This document shows positions 48,177 through 57,088 of a DNA stretch of 59,860 bases, in pieces. The notes beneath the pieces were generated by a model, which did no database searches, had not been told where the DNA came from, and was given only the letters and a program-made list of their open reading frames with translations. The first letter of the stretch is position 1; each line of letters opens with the position of its first letter. A program made the translations under genes and the position numbers. The stretch is taken from IMG/VR virus record IMGVR_UViG_3300037760_000140, positions 1 through 59,860 of that record; one strand, written 5' to 3'. The DNA comes from a virus (taxonomy: Duplodnaviria; Caudoviricetes).

Positions 48177-48481
48177 GCACCGACTACGCACCCGACACCC
48201 TGCGCCGCCCCCACGAATGGGAACGCCACGCCCTGTGCCGCCGCGGCGACGTCGACCCCGACGCATGGATGGAAGACCGCACCGACACCGCGGTCGGCCG
48301 CCTCGCCGCGTCCTGGTGCGACCACTGCCCCGTCCAGCGGCGCTGCCTCGCCGAGGCGATGAAGGAGGAAGCCGGGCTGAGCCGCAAGTCCCGCTACGGC
48401 ATCCGCGGTGGACTCAGCGCGGTGGAGCGCTGGCGCCTGGACCCGGCCCGCAAGGGCGCAGCACGGGGGGTGGCGGCGTGA
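48173..48481 (+). CDS. WhiB-family transcription factor
   Basis: W...ALC, CDHCPVQRRC, YGIRGGL. Confidence 0.85.
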   Translation: MSTDYAPDTLRRPHEWERHALCRRGDVDPDAWMEDRTDTAVGRLAASWCDHCPVQRRCLAEAMKEEAGLSRKSRYGIRGGLSAVERWRLDPARKGAARGVAA

Positions 48482-48486
48482 CGGGG

Positions 48487-48951
48487 TCAGCGGTCGGCCG
48501 GGACAGCTTCCTCATCGAGTGCGGCGAGCGCCCGCTCGTAGAACTCGAACGGCACGAGAACGGCCACCCGCTTCCGCTTCTTCGTGCGGTCCACGACGAA
48601 GACGGCCTCTTGCAGGTGGCGCGCCCGCGCAACGTGCTCCGCCAGGTTGGCGCGCAGCTGGCCGATCGTGCGCTCTTCGGGCGTCAGCTCGCGGGGGCCG
48701 GGCGCCCACGGCGAGCTGTTGACGTTGTACAGCGGGCGCTCGCTCTTGATGGCCTCAAGTTCTGCGGCGCGGGCTGGCGGACGGGTTTCGAACCACTCCA
48801 CCGTCTCCTTCGCGACATGCGGCCACCACGGCTGGGCTCGCCCGTGCTCGATCCGGCGAGCCTCAAGGTTCGCGGTGATGCCGACGTACAGCAGCGCCCC
48901 GCCCTCGTCGTAGAAGCGGTACAGGGCGGTGCGGTGGTCATCGAGCCACAC
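48487..48951 (-). CDS. GIY-YIG domain fused to Phd/YefM-like antitoxin domain
   Basis: LYRFYD...LLYVGIT...PLYN; TIGQLRANLAEHV...VAVLVP. Confidence 0.75.
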   Translation of the reverse strand: MWLDDHRTALYRFYDEGGALLYVGITANLEARRIEHGRAQPWWPHVAKETVEWFETRPPARAAELEAIKSERPLYNVNSSPWAPGPRELTPEERTIGQLRANLAEHVARARHLQEAVFVVDRTKKRKRVAVLVPFEFYERALAALDEEAVPADR

Positions 48952-48966
48952 GGGCGGTCTCCTCGG

Positions 48967-49236
48967 TCAGGCCGGGGAGTCGCCCCCCGGCTGGGTCTTG
49001 CGCTTGCTGATCACGGTGGCTTCGCGGAGCGGCGGCACGCCCTTCTCGCGGGCGATGCGGCGGACGTGCTCGGCGGTGTAGCCGGTCTCCTTGATGACGT
49101 CGCGCGGTCGGACGCCGGCCCGCAGCGCCTCGGCGATGAAGTCCGCCAGTTCTTCGCGGGCGCGCTCGGCGCTGATCTGGGCGCGCTGGTGGCGGCGCAC
49201 GGCCTGTCGCAGGCGGGTCACGGCTTCCTCCGTCAT
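48967..49236 (-). CDS. small HTH protein
   Basis: EALRAGVRPRDVIKETGYTAEHVRRIAR. Confidence 0.7.
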   Translation of the reverse strand: MTEEAVTRLRQAVRRHQRAQISAERAREELADFIAEALRAGVRPRDVIKETGYTAEHVRRIAREKGVPPLREATVISKRKTQPGGDSPA

Positions 49237-49410
49237 ATCGGCATGTTCCCACACCTTCGCGTGGCCACCCCGTTGTGTGCAAGAGCATGGGTACATGAAA
49301 CCACACATCGATGTGGCCTCATGTATGTTGTTTCCAGGGGCTTGAAGATCCCACCCTGAGCAGGGGTTCAACTGCCATGCCCTGATCACGCACGACCAGA
49401 AAGAAGCGCG

Positions 49411-50397
49411 ATGCCCTGGTTCAGGATCGACGACAAGGCGCACTCCCACCCGAAGCTCATGAAGGCTGGGAACGCTGCGCTCGGTCTGTGGCTCCGGTGT
49501 GGCTCCTACGCGGCCCAGCACCTCACCGAGGGCGTCGTGCCCGGCGTCGTTGCTCAGCTCTACGGCACGGCGCCCCAGGCGAAGAAACTGGTCGCCGCCG
49601 GCCTCTGGCACGAGCAGGGGCACGCCTGCCCGCGCTGCCCCCAACCCGCCGCCGGCGACTACGTCATGCACGACTACCTGGAGGACGGGCGGAACACGTC
49701 CCGAGCCCGCTACGAGGCCGGCAAGAAGGCCGCCAGGGACCGGCAGGCGAAGCACCGGGAGGAGGCCGCCGGGGAGGCGAAGGGCGGGAAAAGCGCTCCG
49801 AAAACGGATCGATTCGAAGACGATTCGCCGCGCAAAAAAAGTGAAAGTGATCCGGAAAATCTGGAGAGTTCAGAAGAAACCGCAGGTCACAGTGACTCGT
49901 CACGGCGTGACGCAACCGTCACGGGTATCCAAGCCAAGCCAGCTACCAGCAGTACCTCTTACAGAGGTACTGCTGGTAGCCAAGACCAGCTAGCTAAGGA
50001 CGGGCCCGCCCACATCGGCGACCGCCCCCGCATCCCCGAGAACTCCCGCCCTCTCGTGGACGCCCTCACCGCCGCTGGGCTGATCGTCGGATGGGACCTC
50101 GTACCAAGCGAGTGGTTCCTCATCGAGGCCCTCATCCAGCGCTGCGGCATCCCAGCCCTCGTGACCTCCGCCCGGGGCAGCTGGCAAGGAGCCCGCTCCC
50201 AGCCGCGCTCTGGCCGCTACTTCCTGCCCGCCTGGCGCGAAGTACCCGACGCCGTACCCCTGGCCAGGCAAGCGCCGAGCACGGACGGCGGCGGCACGGC
50301 CGACGTCGTACCGCTCGCCAGCCGCCAGCAGCAGCAGACCGACGACCTGTTCGGCCGCGCCATGCAGCGCGCCCAGAATCGGATGGAGACCCCGTGA
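49411..50397 (+). CDS. replication initiator protein
   Basis: MPWFRIDD..HSHPK...GLW...HDY N-terminus typical of actinophage initiators; low-complexity linker. Confidence 0.8.
   Translation: MPWFRIDDKAHSHPKLMKAGNAALGLWLRCGSYAAQHLTEGVVPGVVAQLYGTAPQAKKLVAAGLWHEQGHACPRCPQPAAGDYVMHDYLEDGRNTSRARYEAGKKAARDRQAKHREEAAGEAKGGKSAPKTDRFEDDSPRKKSESDPENLESSEETAGHSDSSRRDATVTGIQAKPATSSTSYRGTAGSQDQLAKDGPAHIGDRPRIPENSRPLVDALTAAGLIVGWDLVPSEWFLIEALIQRCGIPALVTSARGSWQGARSQPRSGRYFLPAWREVPDAVPLARQAPSTDGGGTADVVPLASRQQQQTDDLFGRAMQRAQNRMETP
49790..49995. other. candidate replication origin within the rep gene
   Basis: A-rich tract, GTCAC/GTGAC palindromes, perfect 18-bp inverted repeat 49942-49959/49963-49980. Confidence 0.6.
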
Positions 50398-50942
50398 CCC
50401 CCGCCGAAACCGTTGCCCTCGCCCGGTACGTCCGGGCGCTGTGCCCCCAGCAGAAGTTCGACGAATACACCCCCGATGCCTGGCACGACGTCCTCGGCGC
50501 CTACCAGCTCGACGACGCCCGCGCAGCAGCCGCCGCTGTCGCCGGCCGACAGCCCTTCGTCGCCCCCGCCGAGATCATCACCGAGATCCGCCGCCGCCGC
50601 GGCGACACCGCCAGCGACATCGTCGGCCCCGGCCAACCCGCCGAGATCCCCGACGCCGACCCCGACGACATCCCGGCCTACCTCGCCGCGGTCCGCGACC
50701 AGCGCACCCGCGCCGCCACCGGCCAGCTGAAGCCCCGTCCCATGCGGGCCCTGCTGACCTCCGTCGGCCGCGGCGTCCCGGGCACCGACCGCCCGGTGCG
50801 CGGCCCCCTCGACGTCGCCTGCCCCAAGTGCGAGTCCGCCCCGCGCCGTGCCTGTCGCACCCCGAACGGCCGCCGCATGGCCGTGATCCACCCCGCCCGC
50901 ATCGACGCCCTCAAGACGCGCCGAGCCGAGGAGTCCGCATGA
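50394..50942 (+). CDS. helicase loader/inhibitor-like protein with C-terminal zinc finger
   Basis: Coupled to rep; AWHDVL, FVAPAEI, CPKC...C...H. Confidence 0.6.
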   Translation: MTPAETVALARYVRALCPQQKFDEYTPDAWHDVLGAYQLDDARAAAAAVAGRQPFVAPAEIITEIRRRRGDTASDIVGPGQPAEIPDADPDDIPAYLAAVRDQRTRAATGQLKPRPMRALLTSVGRGVPGTDRPVRGPLDVACPKCESAPRRACRTPNGRRMAVIHPARIDALKTRRAEESA

Positions 50943-51139
50943 GCCGCATGTCGTACCACCTCCGCGCCGTAGCCGGTCGCCCCGCCGACCCGATCCGCAC
51001 CGTCCCCTGCCCCTGGTGCCGCGCCGACGCCGGCATGCCGTGCACCACGAAGGGCCGCGGGCGGCGCACCACCGGCAGCCACCCCGCCCGGCGCACCGCC
51101 TGGGACGCGCAGCAGCAGGAGGCCGAGAGCAATGGGTAA
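50939..51139 (+). CDS. zinc-finger protein
   Basis: CPWC...C...HPAR. Confidence 0.6.
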   Translation: MSRMSYHLRAVAGRPADPIRTVPCPWCRADAGMPCTTKGRGRRTTGSHPARRTAWDAQQQEAESNG

Positions 51140-51503
51140 CCGCCGAGCACGAACTGTCAAAGACGTTGCCTGGTCCCGACGGGCCGCCGCGAACGCAAGG
51201 GCGGCGAGGATCGCCCGGGGCCTCAGCCAGCGGGCGCTTAGTGAGCGCGTCAAGGCCAACGGCCACCGCCTTGACCAAAGCACTCTCGCGCGACTGGAAC
51301 TGGGCTACAACCAAAAAGGCGGAACGGTCACATTCACTGTCGATCACCTCATGCACCTGGCGGAAGCACTCGGCGTCGAGCCGATGCAGCTGCTCGCGGA
51401 TCTGTGCGCGGTGTGCGCCGGGTCGCCTCCCCGCGGCTTTGCCTGTGAGAAGTGCGGCGCCTCAACGTCGACCCTTGCATCGAGGCCAGGCGAGGCCGCA
51501 TGA
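51132..51503 (+). CDS. XRE HTH with C-terminal zinc ribbon
   Basis: ARIARGLSQRALS...LARLELG; CAVC...CEKC. Confidence 0.75.
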   Translation: MGNRRARTVKDVAWSRRAAANARAARIARGLSQRALSERVKANGHRLDQSTLARLELGYNQKGGTVTFTVDHLMHLAEALGVEPMQLLADLCAVCAGSPPRGFACEKCGASTSTLASRPGEAA

Positions 51504-51682
51504 CCGCCCCGCCGGCCCCGCCGATCCCGGACGCGGCGCTGGCCGTGATGGAGGCCGCCGCCGAGGACTACCGGCTCCAGCTCGGCGAGCACGCCACCCC
51601 ACACGGCGTCGCCCGCCGCGTCGCCGAGTACCTCGTGTCCTCCGGCTACGCCATCGTCCCCGCCGAGGAGGCCGCGCCGTGA
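51500..51682 (+). CDS. hypothetical protein
   Basis: Coupled at both ends. Confidence 0.55.
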   Translation: MTAPPAPPIPDAALAVMEAAAEDYRLQLGEHATPHGVARRVAEYLVSSGYAIVPAEEAAP

Positions 51683-51861
51683 TCGACCTGGACCGCATCG
51701 CCCTGGAGGCGATCCCCGACGGCACGTTCGGCGGGTCGATACCCCCGACCCCGCGCCGCACCGACCCGGAGACCGCCCGCGAACACCTCGCCGCGCTGGC
51801 GGACGCCATCAGCCGGGGTCGCCGCACCGCCTACCCCGCCCCCCGGAAGGACGCCGCCTGA
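51679..51861 (+). CDS. hypothetical protein
   Basis: Coupled at both ends. Confidence 0.55.
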   Translation: MIDLDRIALEAIPDGTFGGSIPPTPRRTDPETAREHLAALADAISRGRRTAYPAPRKDAA

Positions 51862-52256
51862 TGACCCGTGGATACGGCCGCACACAGGGCTACCGCCCCC
51901 AGGACAGCGAACTGCGCCCCGGCAAGACCGTCGTCCCGTTCGGCGACAAGACGACGATCTGCCCCGCCTGCCGCAAGCACAAGCACGGCTCCTGCTGGGC
52001 ACACCTGGTCGCCCTCGGCCTCCCCGGCAAGCCCGGCTGCCCCTGCGGCTGCCACGAGCCCTTGGACGAGCCGGAGCTGACGGACGAGGCCATCGACGAC
52101 ATGGCCGTCCACGGCACCCTCGCCGAGCACGTCAAGGTCCGGAAGGCGTGGGCCCTCGGCTCCGGCCCGATCCACTTCGGCGAGCCGTGCCGCCGCTGCG
52201 CTGCCGCCGAGGGTGCGCGCACCGGGCAGCAGGGCGAACTGCCGGGGCTGACCTGA
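51861..52256 (+). CDS. Cys-rich hypothetical protein
   Basis: TGATG coupling. Confidence 0.6.
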   Translation: MTRGYGRTQGYRPQDSELRPGKTVVPFGDKTTICPACRKHKHGSCWAHLVALGLPGKPGCPCGCHEPLDEPELTDEAIDDMAVHGTLAEHVKVRKAWALGSGPIHFGEPCRRCAAAEGARTGQQGELPGLT

Positions 52257-52333
52257 CCCCCGCATGGCCGCCCCCGGGGATAGCGGGGGCGGCCACCCCA
52301 CCACCACACCACACACGACCGGAGGAGACCCCG

Positions 52334-52573
52334 ATGGCCCGCTGCGACCAGACCGACCTCGACACCACCATGTGCGCCCACTGCCTCGGCCAGCCCGACC
52401 CCGAAGCCGAGGCCCGGAAGCTACGCGCCGCACTGCTGGACTCCGGCTGGATGGCCGCCGTCTACCCCGGCACCTGCGAGCACTGCGGCGAGCGCTTCGA
52501 GGCGGGCGCGGCGATTCGCATGGACCTCCGGCTCGGCTGGCGCGCCGAGTGCTGCGCGGAGGTGACCCGCTGA
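52334..52573 (+). CDS. Cys-rich hypothetical protein
   Basis: RBS ggaggag. Confidence 0.65.
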   Translation: MARCDQTDLDTTMCAHCLGQPDPEAEARKLRAALLDSGWMAAVYPGTCEHCGERFEAGAAIRMDLRLGWRAECCAEVTR

Positions 52574-52613
52574 TGACCAGTCCAACGCCCGACCAGACCG
52601 ACCAGGACGCGCC

Positions 52614-52904
52614 GTGAAGTGCGCCGGCTGCCGCCGCCAGCTGCGCACCGAGGAGTCCCGCCGCCGCGGCCTGGGCCCGACGTGCTGGGCACGGCTCGCC
52701 CCGGAGCAGCGCGCCGCCATCGAGCAGCCGGCGGGTCGGCCGGTCCGGGTCGCGGCGAGCCCGGCGCAGATCCCCACGGTGCGCGGCCAGATCCCGCTCC
52801 CGATCCCCGAGCCGCTGCCGCTGGACGACCCGGTACGCACCGACCTGCCGCGCGACGTGCGGCGCCGGCCCATCGAAACCGTGCCCGTTGGGAGCGAGCT
52901 ATGA
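52614..52904 (+). CDS. DUF6011-domain protein
   Basis: CAGCRRQLRTEESRRRGLGPTC. Confidence 0.65.
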   Translation: MKCAGCRRQLRTEESRRRGLGPTCWARLAPEQRAAIEQPAGRPVRVAASPAQIPTVRGQIPLPIPEPLPLDDPVRTDLPRDVRRRPIETVPVGSEL

Positions 52905-53227
52905 CCACCACCGACCGCCGACCGACCGCCTCCGCCATCAACGACGACCAACTCGACCGGCTGTACGCCGAGCTGGACCGGCTCCACGAGCGGGTCACCG
53001 GCGGCACCACCACCTGGCCCCAGGCCGAGCCGCTGCAAGCCGCGTCGCGGGCACTGCGCGATGGCACCGCCCGCCCGGTTCCGCCCGCCGAACTCGCCGA
53101 CCACCTTGACGCGGTCGCCCGCGCCCTGGCGTGGCTCGCCCCCTACCGGGAGCACGAAGGCGGCTACGAGATGTGGACCACCGCAAGCACCGTCGCCGTC
53201 GCCATCACCACCAAGGAGACCCGATGA
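52901..53227 (+). CDS. hypothetical protein
   Basis: INDDQLDRLYAEL; coupled. Confidence 0.65.
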   Translation: MTTTDRRPTASAINDDQLDRLYAELDRLHERVTGGTTTWPQAEPLQAASRALRDGTARPVPPAELADHLDAVARALAWLAPYREHEGGYEMWTTASTVAVAITTKETR

Positions 53228-53679
53228 CTGATCCGACGAACGCCGACCTGCGCCGCGAGCTGGCCAAGACCCGCGACACCCTCGCCGCGTGCGAGACCCA
53301 CCTCGCCCGGCACGCCGAGGCCAACGCCGCGCTGCACTGCGCCACCAACGTCATGTACTCCCCGCTGCACGCCCGCGTCGTGGCCGCCGTGCGCGGCATC
53401 GACCACGCGCTGGAGCGCACCGGCGTCCCGACGCTGGGCACCGAGTCACCGGACGGGCAGTGGGCCGCGCTGCTCGCCGACCTGGACCGGTGCCAGCACG
53501 GCCGCCACGACGGCGACGAGTGCAGCAGCGGCGGCGACTGCACCGGTACCAGCGCCGGGAACCCGCACCTGATCCCCGGGCAGGTCATCGGCTACAACCG
53601 GTACGGCGATCGGATCGTGATGCCGGATCGCGACCACAAGCACGACCTGGCGAACTGGCGTACCGGCGGTGCCCGATGA
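53224..53679 (+). CDS. hypothetical protein
   Basis: RBS aaggag; coupled. Confidence 0.65.
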   Translation: MTDPTNADLRRELAKTRDTLAACETHLARHAEANAALHCATNVMYSPLHARVVAAVRGIDHALERTGVPTLGTESPDGQWAALLADLDRCQHGRHDGDECSSGGDCTGTSAGNPHLIPGQVIGYNRYGDRIVMPDRDHKHDLANWRTGGAR

Positions 53680-53936
53680 CCGACACCGCCGACACCCTGC
53701 GCGCCGCCGCGTTCCAGCTCCGCAATCCGTTCCACCCGCCCGGCCTGCGTGAGCCGATCGACCACGACCTCGCGATGCCGCTCGCCACCCTGCTCGACGC
53801 CGTCGCAGACGACCACGACCTGTGCCTCCACTGCCTGTTCCCCGGACGCCCGTGCCGATCGCTGGTCAGGGCCCTCGTCGTCGCCCGCCAGATCAACGGC
53901 ACCACGCCCGACGACGACACCACCGAGGAGACCTGA
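53676..53936 (+). CDS. hypothetical protein
   Basis: Coupled. Confidence 0.6.
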   Translation: MTDTADTLRAAAFQLRNPFHPPGLREPIDHDLAMPLATLLDAVADDHDLCLHCLFPGRPCRSLVRALVVARQINGTTPDDDTTEET

Positions 53937-54751
53937 TGACCGACACCGCCGCGCTGGTGCGCGCCGCCGCCGACCGTGTGCAGGACCCGCAGCGGCGCTT
54001 CATCGCCGCCCCCGCGCTGGTCGAACCGATCGCCCGGCTGCTGCGGTCCGCCGCTGCGGACGCCATGCAGGGCGAGCCGCACCCGTATGACGTCGCCCTG
54101 GCCCGCGCGATCCTCGGGGACGCCGTCACGCCAGAGACCGCCGAGACGGGGCCTGACGGGGGCCAGGAGCGCCCGGGGGGCCGCGAGGCGACTCCGGGAC
54201 GGGTAGAGACGCACGCGGGCGCTCAGAACCGCGCGTGCGGGAGAGGGCACCGACGCTGGCCCCTGCACTGCACCGAACCCGCCGGACACACCGGAGATCA
54301 TGCCTCTCCCTGGGGCAACGGCGGCGCCGCATGGGGCGAGGGAGACGCCCAGCCGCCGCCCGTCGCCTCGCTGCGGGACCGGATCGCCGAGGCGCTCGCC
54401 AACTGGTCGCTGCGGGACGGCAACGGGCGCGGCCTCACCCGCCTCAACGCCACCGTCCGCGCCAACGCCGAGAGCCGAGCCGACGCCGTGCTCGCCGTCG
54501 TCGGCCCCGAACTGGACCGGCTGGAGCACCGCGCCCACAGGGCCGAGGCCACCTCGGACGCCGATACGAAGCAGCTCGCCGAGGTCGATGTCCGCGCCGA
54601 CAAGGCCGAGGCCACTCTTCGGCTCATGCTGGAACGCCTCGACCGACTCGAAGCCCACTGGCACGACCAGCCTCACACCGAGACTGCAGCCCAGGTGCGC
54701 GCCGCCCTCGCGGACATCCGCAGCTACCTCGACGGTGGTGAGCAGCCGTGA
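53936..54751 (+). CDS. mosaic hypothetical protein
   Basis: RBS gaggag; coupled. Confidence 0.65.
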   Translation: MTDTAALVRAAADRVQDPQRRFIAAPALVEPIARLLRSAAADAMQGEPHPYDVALARAILGDAVTPETAETGPDGGQERPGGREATPGRVETHAGAQNRACGRGHRRWPLHCTEPAGHTGDHASPWGNGGAAWGEGDAQPPPVASLRDRIAEALANWSLRDGNGRGLTRLNATVRANAESRADAVLAVVGPELDRLEHRAHRAEATSDADTKQLAEVDVRADKAEATLRLMLERLDRLEAHWHDQPHTETAAQVRAALADIRSYLDGGEQP

Positions 54752-55215
54752 GCGAGCCCATGGTCGTGACTCGCGTGCACGACGACACCGGGAGCAGCAT
54801 CGAACCTCCGCTCGACGAGGCGTGGGACGACCTCACCCAACTGCGGTGGCATGCCGCCGTCGTCGCACACGACACCGGACTGCGCGTCACCGTCAACCCT
54901 GGCGGCGAGCAGCGCAAGGTCGGCGAGGAATGGGTGGCGGTGCCCGGCACCTACGGCATCAGCGTCGGCCGCACCAGCGCCGCAGCCTTCAACTACGCCG
55001 CCGCCTGGACCTACCTCAACGGCGTCAGCACCGGCGCCCGAGAGGCCGTCCGCGACCACCCGCACCGCTACCTGTCCACCGGCTGCCTCCACGGCCAGCA
55101 CGCCTACTGCCAGGGCAAGACCGGGCGCGCCGGGGCTAAGCGGCCTGCGGAGTGCAAGTTCTGCGCCGCCCGCTGCGTCTGCGACTGCCACCAGGGCGGC
55201 GGTGAGCAGCCGTGA
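54748..55215 (+). CDS. hypothetical protein
   Basis: C-terminal Cys/His domain HRYLSTGCLHG. Confidence 0.7.
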   Translation: MSEPMVVTRVHDDTGSSIEPPLDEAWDDLTQLRWHAAVVAHDTGLRVTVNPGGEQRKVGEEWVAVPGTYGISVGRTSAAAFNYAAAWTYLNGVSTGAREAVRDHPHRYLSTGCLHGQHAYCQGKTGRAGAKRPAECKFCAARCVCDCHQGGGEQP

Positions 55216-55643
55216 GCGAGACCTACCGCCTACTCATCACCGGATCCCGCGACTGGGACGACGTCACCACCATCGGCGCCGCACTGGAACAAGCCCTCAT
55301 CGACGCCGGACCCCGCTCCGTGATCGTCGTCCACGGCGCCTGCCCCGACGGTGCCGACTGGCACGCCGACGACTACGCCCGCTGGATGCGCGGCAAGGGC
55401 TGCGCGATCGACGTCGAAGCCCACGAGGCGGCCTGGCGCCCGCACGGCGCCTTCGACCGGGGGGCCGGGTTCCGACGCAACGCCGACATGGTTCGGCTCG
55501 GCGCGGACGCCTGCTACGCGTTCATCAACCCCTGCGCCCGGGTCCGCTGCTCACGGCCAGGGCCGCACGGATCTCACGGCGCGACGCACTGCGCCGACCT
55601 CGCTGAGCGCGCCGGGATTTCCGTCAGGCGGTGGCAGCCGTGA
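55212..55643 (+). CDS. SLOG-family (YspA/DUF2493-like) protein
   Basis: LLITGSRDW, VHGACPDGAD, AGFRRNADMV. Confidence 0.8.
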   Translation: MSETYRLLITGSRDWDDVTTIGAALEQALIDAGPRSVIVVHGACPDGADWHADDYARWMRGKGCAIDVEAHEAAWRPHGAFDRGAGFRRNADMVRLGADACYAFINPCARVRCSRPGPHGSHGATHCADLAERAGISVRRWQP

Positions 55644-55722
55644 CCTGGCACCTGCTCGCCTACGTCGCGCTCGTCGTCACCGTGACGGCCGCACTCAACC
55701 CGCCGCGATACCGGAGGAACCG

Positions 55723-56394
55723 ATGACCGTGCCTCGCCGTTTTCACCTCGACCGCCGAACCGACATCACCGGAGCGTCCGGCACCGGCCGCGTAGCCGAC
55801 GGCGTTCTGTGGCCCGACGGCACCGTCAGCATTCGCTGGCGTGGCGAGCGGCCGTCCGCCGTCCACTGGGACTCGCTGGCAGACGCCGAGCACGTCCACG
55901 GCCACGGCGGACACACCCGCATCGTCTGGGACGACCCCGAGCCCATCAGCTGGGCCAACGCCGACCGCACATGCCGCCACTGCCCCGACGGGCACACCCC
56001 GCCCTCCGGCGGCTCCCAGCCGTGGGGCGCCTATGTCGGACCCGAGCGGGACGGCGACGGGCAGCCCACCACCATCCACGTCGGGCGCAGCGCCGGCGCC
56101 TGTCTTGAACGGGGTTCGTTGGCCCCAGGGGAACGGACCGAGTGGCCCCACCCCCTCGAACGGTCAGACGACCGTTCACCCGGTCCCCAGACGGCCTCTT
56201 CTCGCTGGCTGCGCTTGTGCGCGGACCACCTACCGGCCCGCCGGCCGAACACCTGGCGGAGCCAACACAACTCGGCGGGGTGGGGCCAGAACTTCCCGGC
56301 GGAGACAACCGGCGAGGGCTGGCTGTGCTGCCTGCCCGCCGGCGACGGCCACGACGTCCACGTGCCCTACGTCAGCCGAGAGGACCAGCCGTGA
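55723..56394 (+). CDS. mosaic hypothetical protein
   Basis: RBS ggagg; DITGASGTGRVADGV domain plus duplicated segment. Confidence 0.7.
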   Translation: MTVPRRFHLDRRTDITGASGTGRVADGVLWPDGTVSIRWRGERPSAVHWDSLADAEHVHGHGGHTRIVWDDPEPISWANADRTCRHCPDGHTPPSGGSQPWGAYVGPERDGDGQPTTIHVGRSAGACLERGSLAPGERTEWPHPLERSDDRSPGPQTASSRWLRLCADHLPARRPNTWRSQHNSAGWGQNFPAETTGEGWLCCLPAGDGHDVHVPYVSREDQP

Positions 56395-57016
56395 CCGAGC
56401 CCTGCCCGTTCTGCGAGATCGCCGCCATGCGCGCTCCCGCGAGATTCGTCTACACCTGGCCGGACGCACTCGCGTTCATCCCGCTCAACCCCGTCGTGGA
56501 CGGCCACCTGCTCGTCATCCCACGCAGGCACGTCACGGACTTCGCCGCCGACCCCGAGGTATCTGCGGCGACCATGCGCCGAGCCGCCGAGGCCGCGAGC
56601 GGCATCCGTCCGGACGGACCGATGAACCTGATCACGTCGTGGGGCGCCGAGGCCACGCAGAGCGTGTTCCACCTGCACCTGCACCTCGTGCCCCGCGCCG
56701 AGGGCGACGGCCTCGCACTGCCCTGGTACAGCGGCAAGCGGCGGAAGAGCGGCGTCACGGTCAACGTCACGCCCGCGCCCCCGTCGCCACCCCGCGTCGT
56801 GCCCGTGTACCGCCCCGGCCGCCCCTACTGACCGCCCCCGATCCCGAGATCGAAAGGCACGCTGATGACCGAATTCACCCGGGGGTTCCGCCTCCACCAC
56901 CCCGACGGCCACACCCCGCCCTCCGGCGGCTCCCAGCCGTGGGGCGCCTATGTCGGACCCGAGCGGGACGGCGACGGGCAGCCCACCACCATCCACGTCG
57001 GGCGCAGCGCCGGCGC
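55983..57016 (+). repeat. 117-bp direct repeat (55983-56099 and 56900-57016), one mismatch
   Basis: Aligned by eye; g55992/c56909 is synonymous. Confidence 0.9.
56391..56831 (+). CDS. HIT-family nucleotide hydrolase
   Basis: CPFC, GHLLVIP, QSVFHLHLHLVP. Confidence 0.9.
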   Translation: MTEPCPFCEIAAMRAPARFVYTWPDALAFIPLNPVVDGHLLVIPRRHVTDFAADPEVSAATMRRAAEAASGIRPDGPMNLITSWGAEATQSVFHLHLHLVPRAEGDGLALPWYSGKRRKSGVTVNVTPAPPSPPRVVPVYRPGRPY

Positions 57017-57071
57017 GCACGTCGCCGAGTCCGACGCCGAGTGGGTCCGCGACCGCCTGAACCAGCCCTGA
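56865..57071 (+). CDS. hypothetical protein carrying the duplicated segment
   Basis: RBS gaaagg. Confidence 0.6.
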   Translation: MTEFTRGFRLHHPDGHTPPSGGSQPWGAYVGPERDGDGQPTTIHVGRSAGAHVAESDAEWVRDRLNQP

Positions 57072-57088
57072 CACCGAAAGGCACGCTG

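Noticed and set aside
55983-57016. Diversity-generating retroelement TR/VR pair
   Set aside because: No reverse transcriptase in the genome; the single mismatch is G/C, not at adenines
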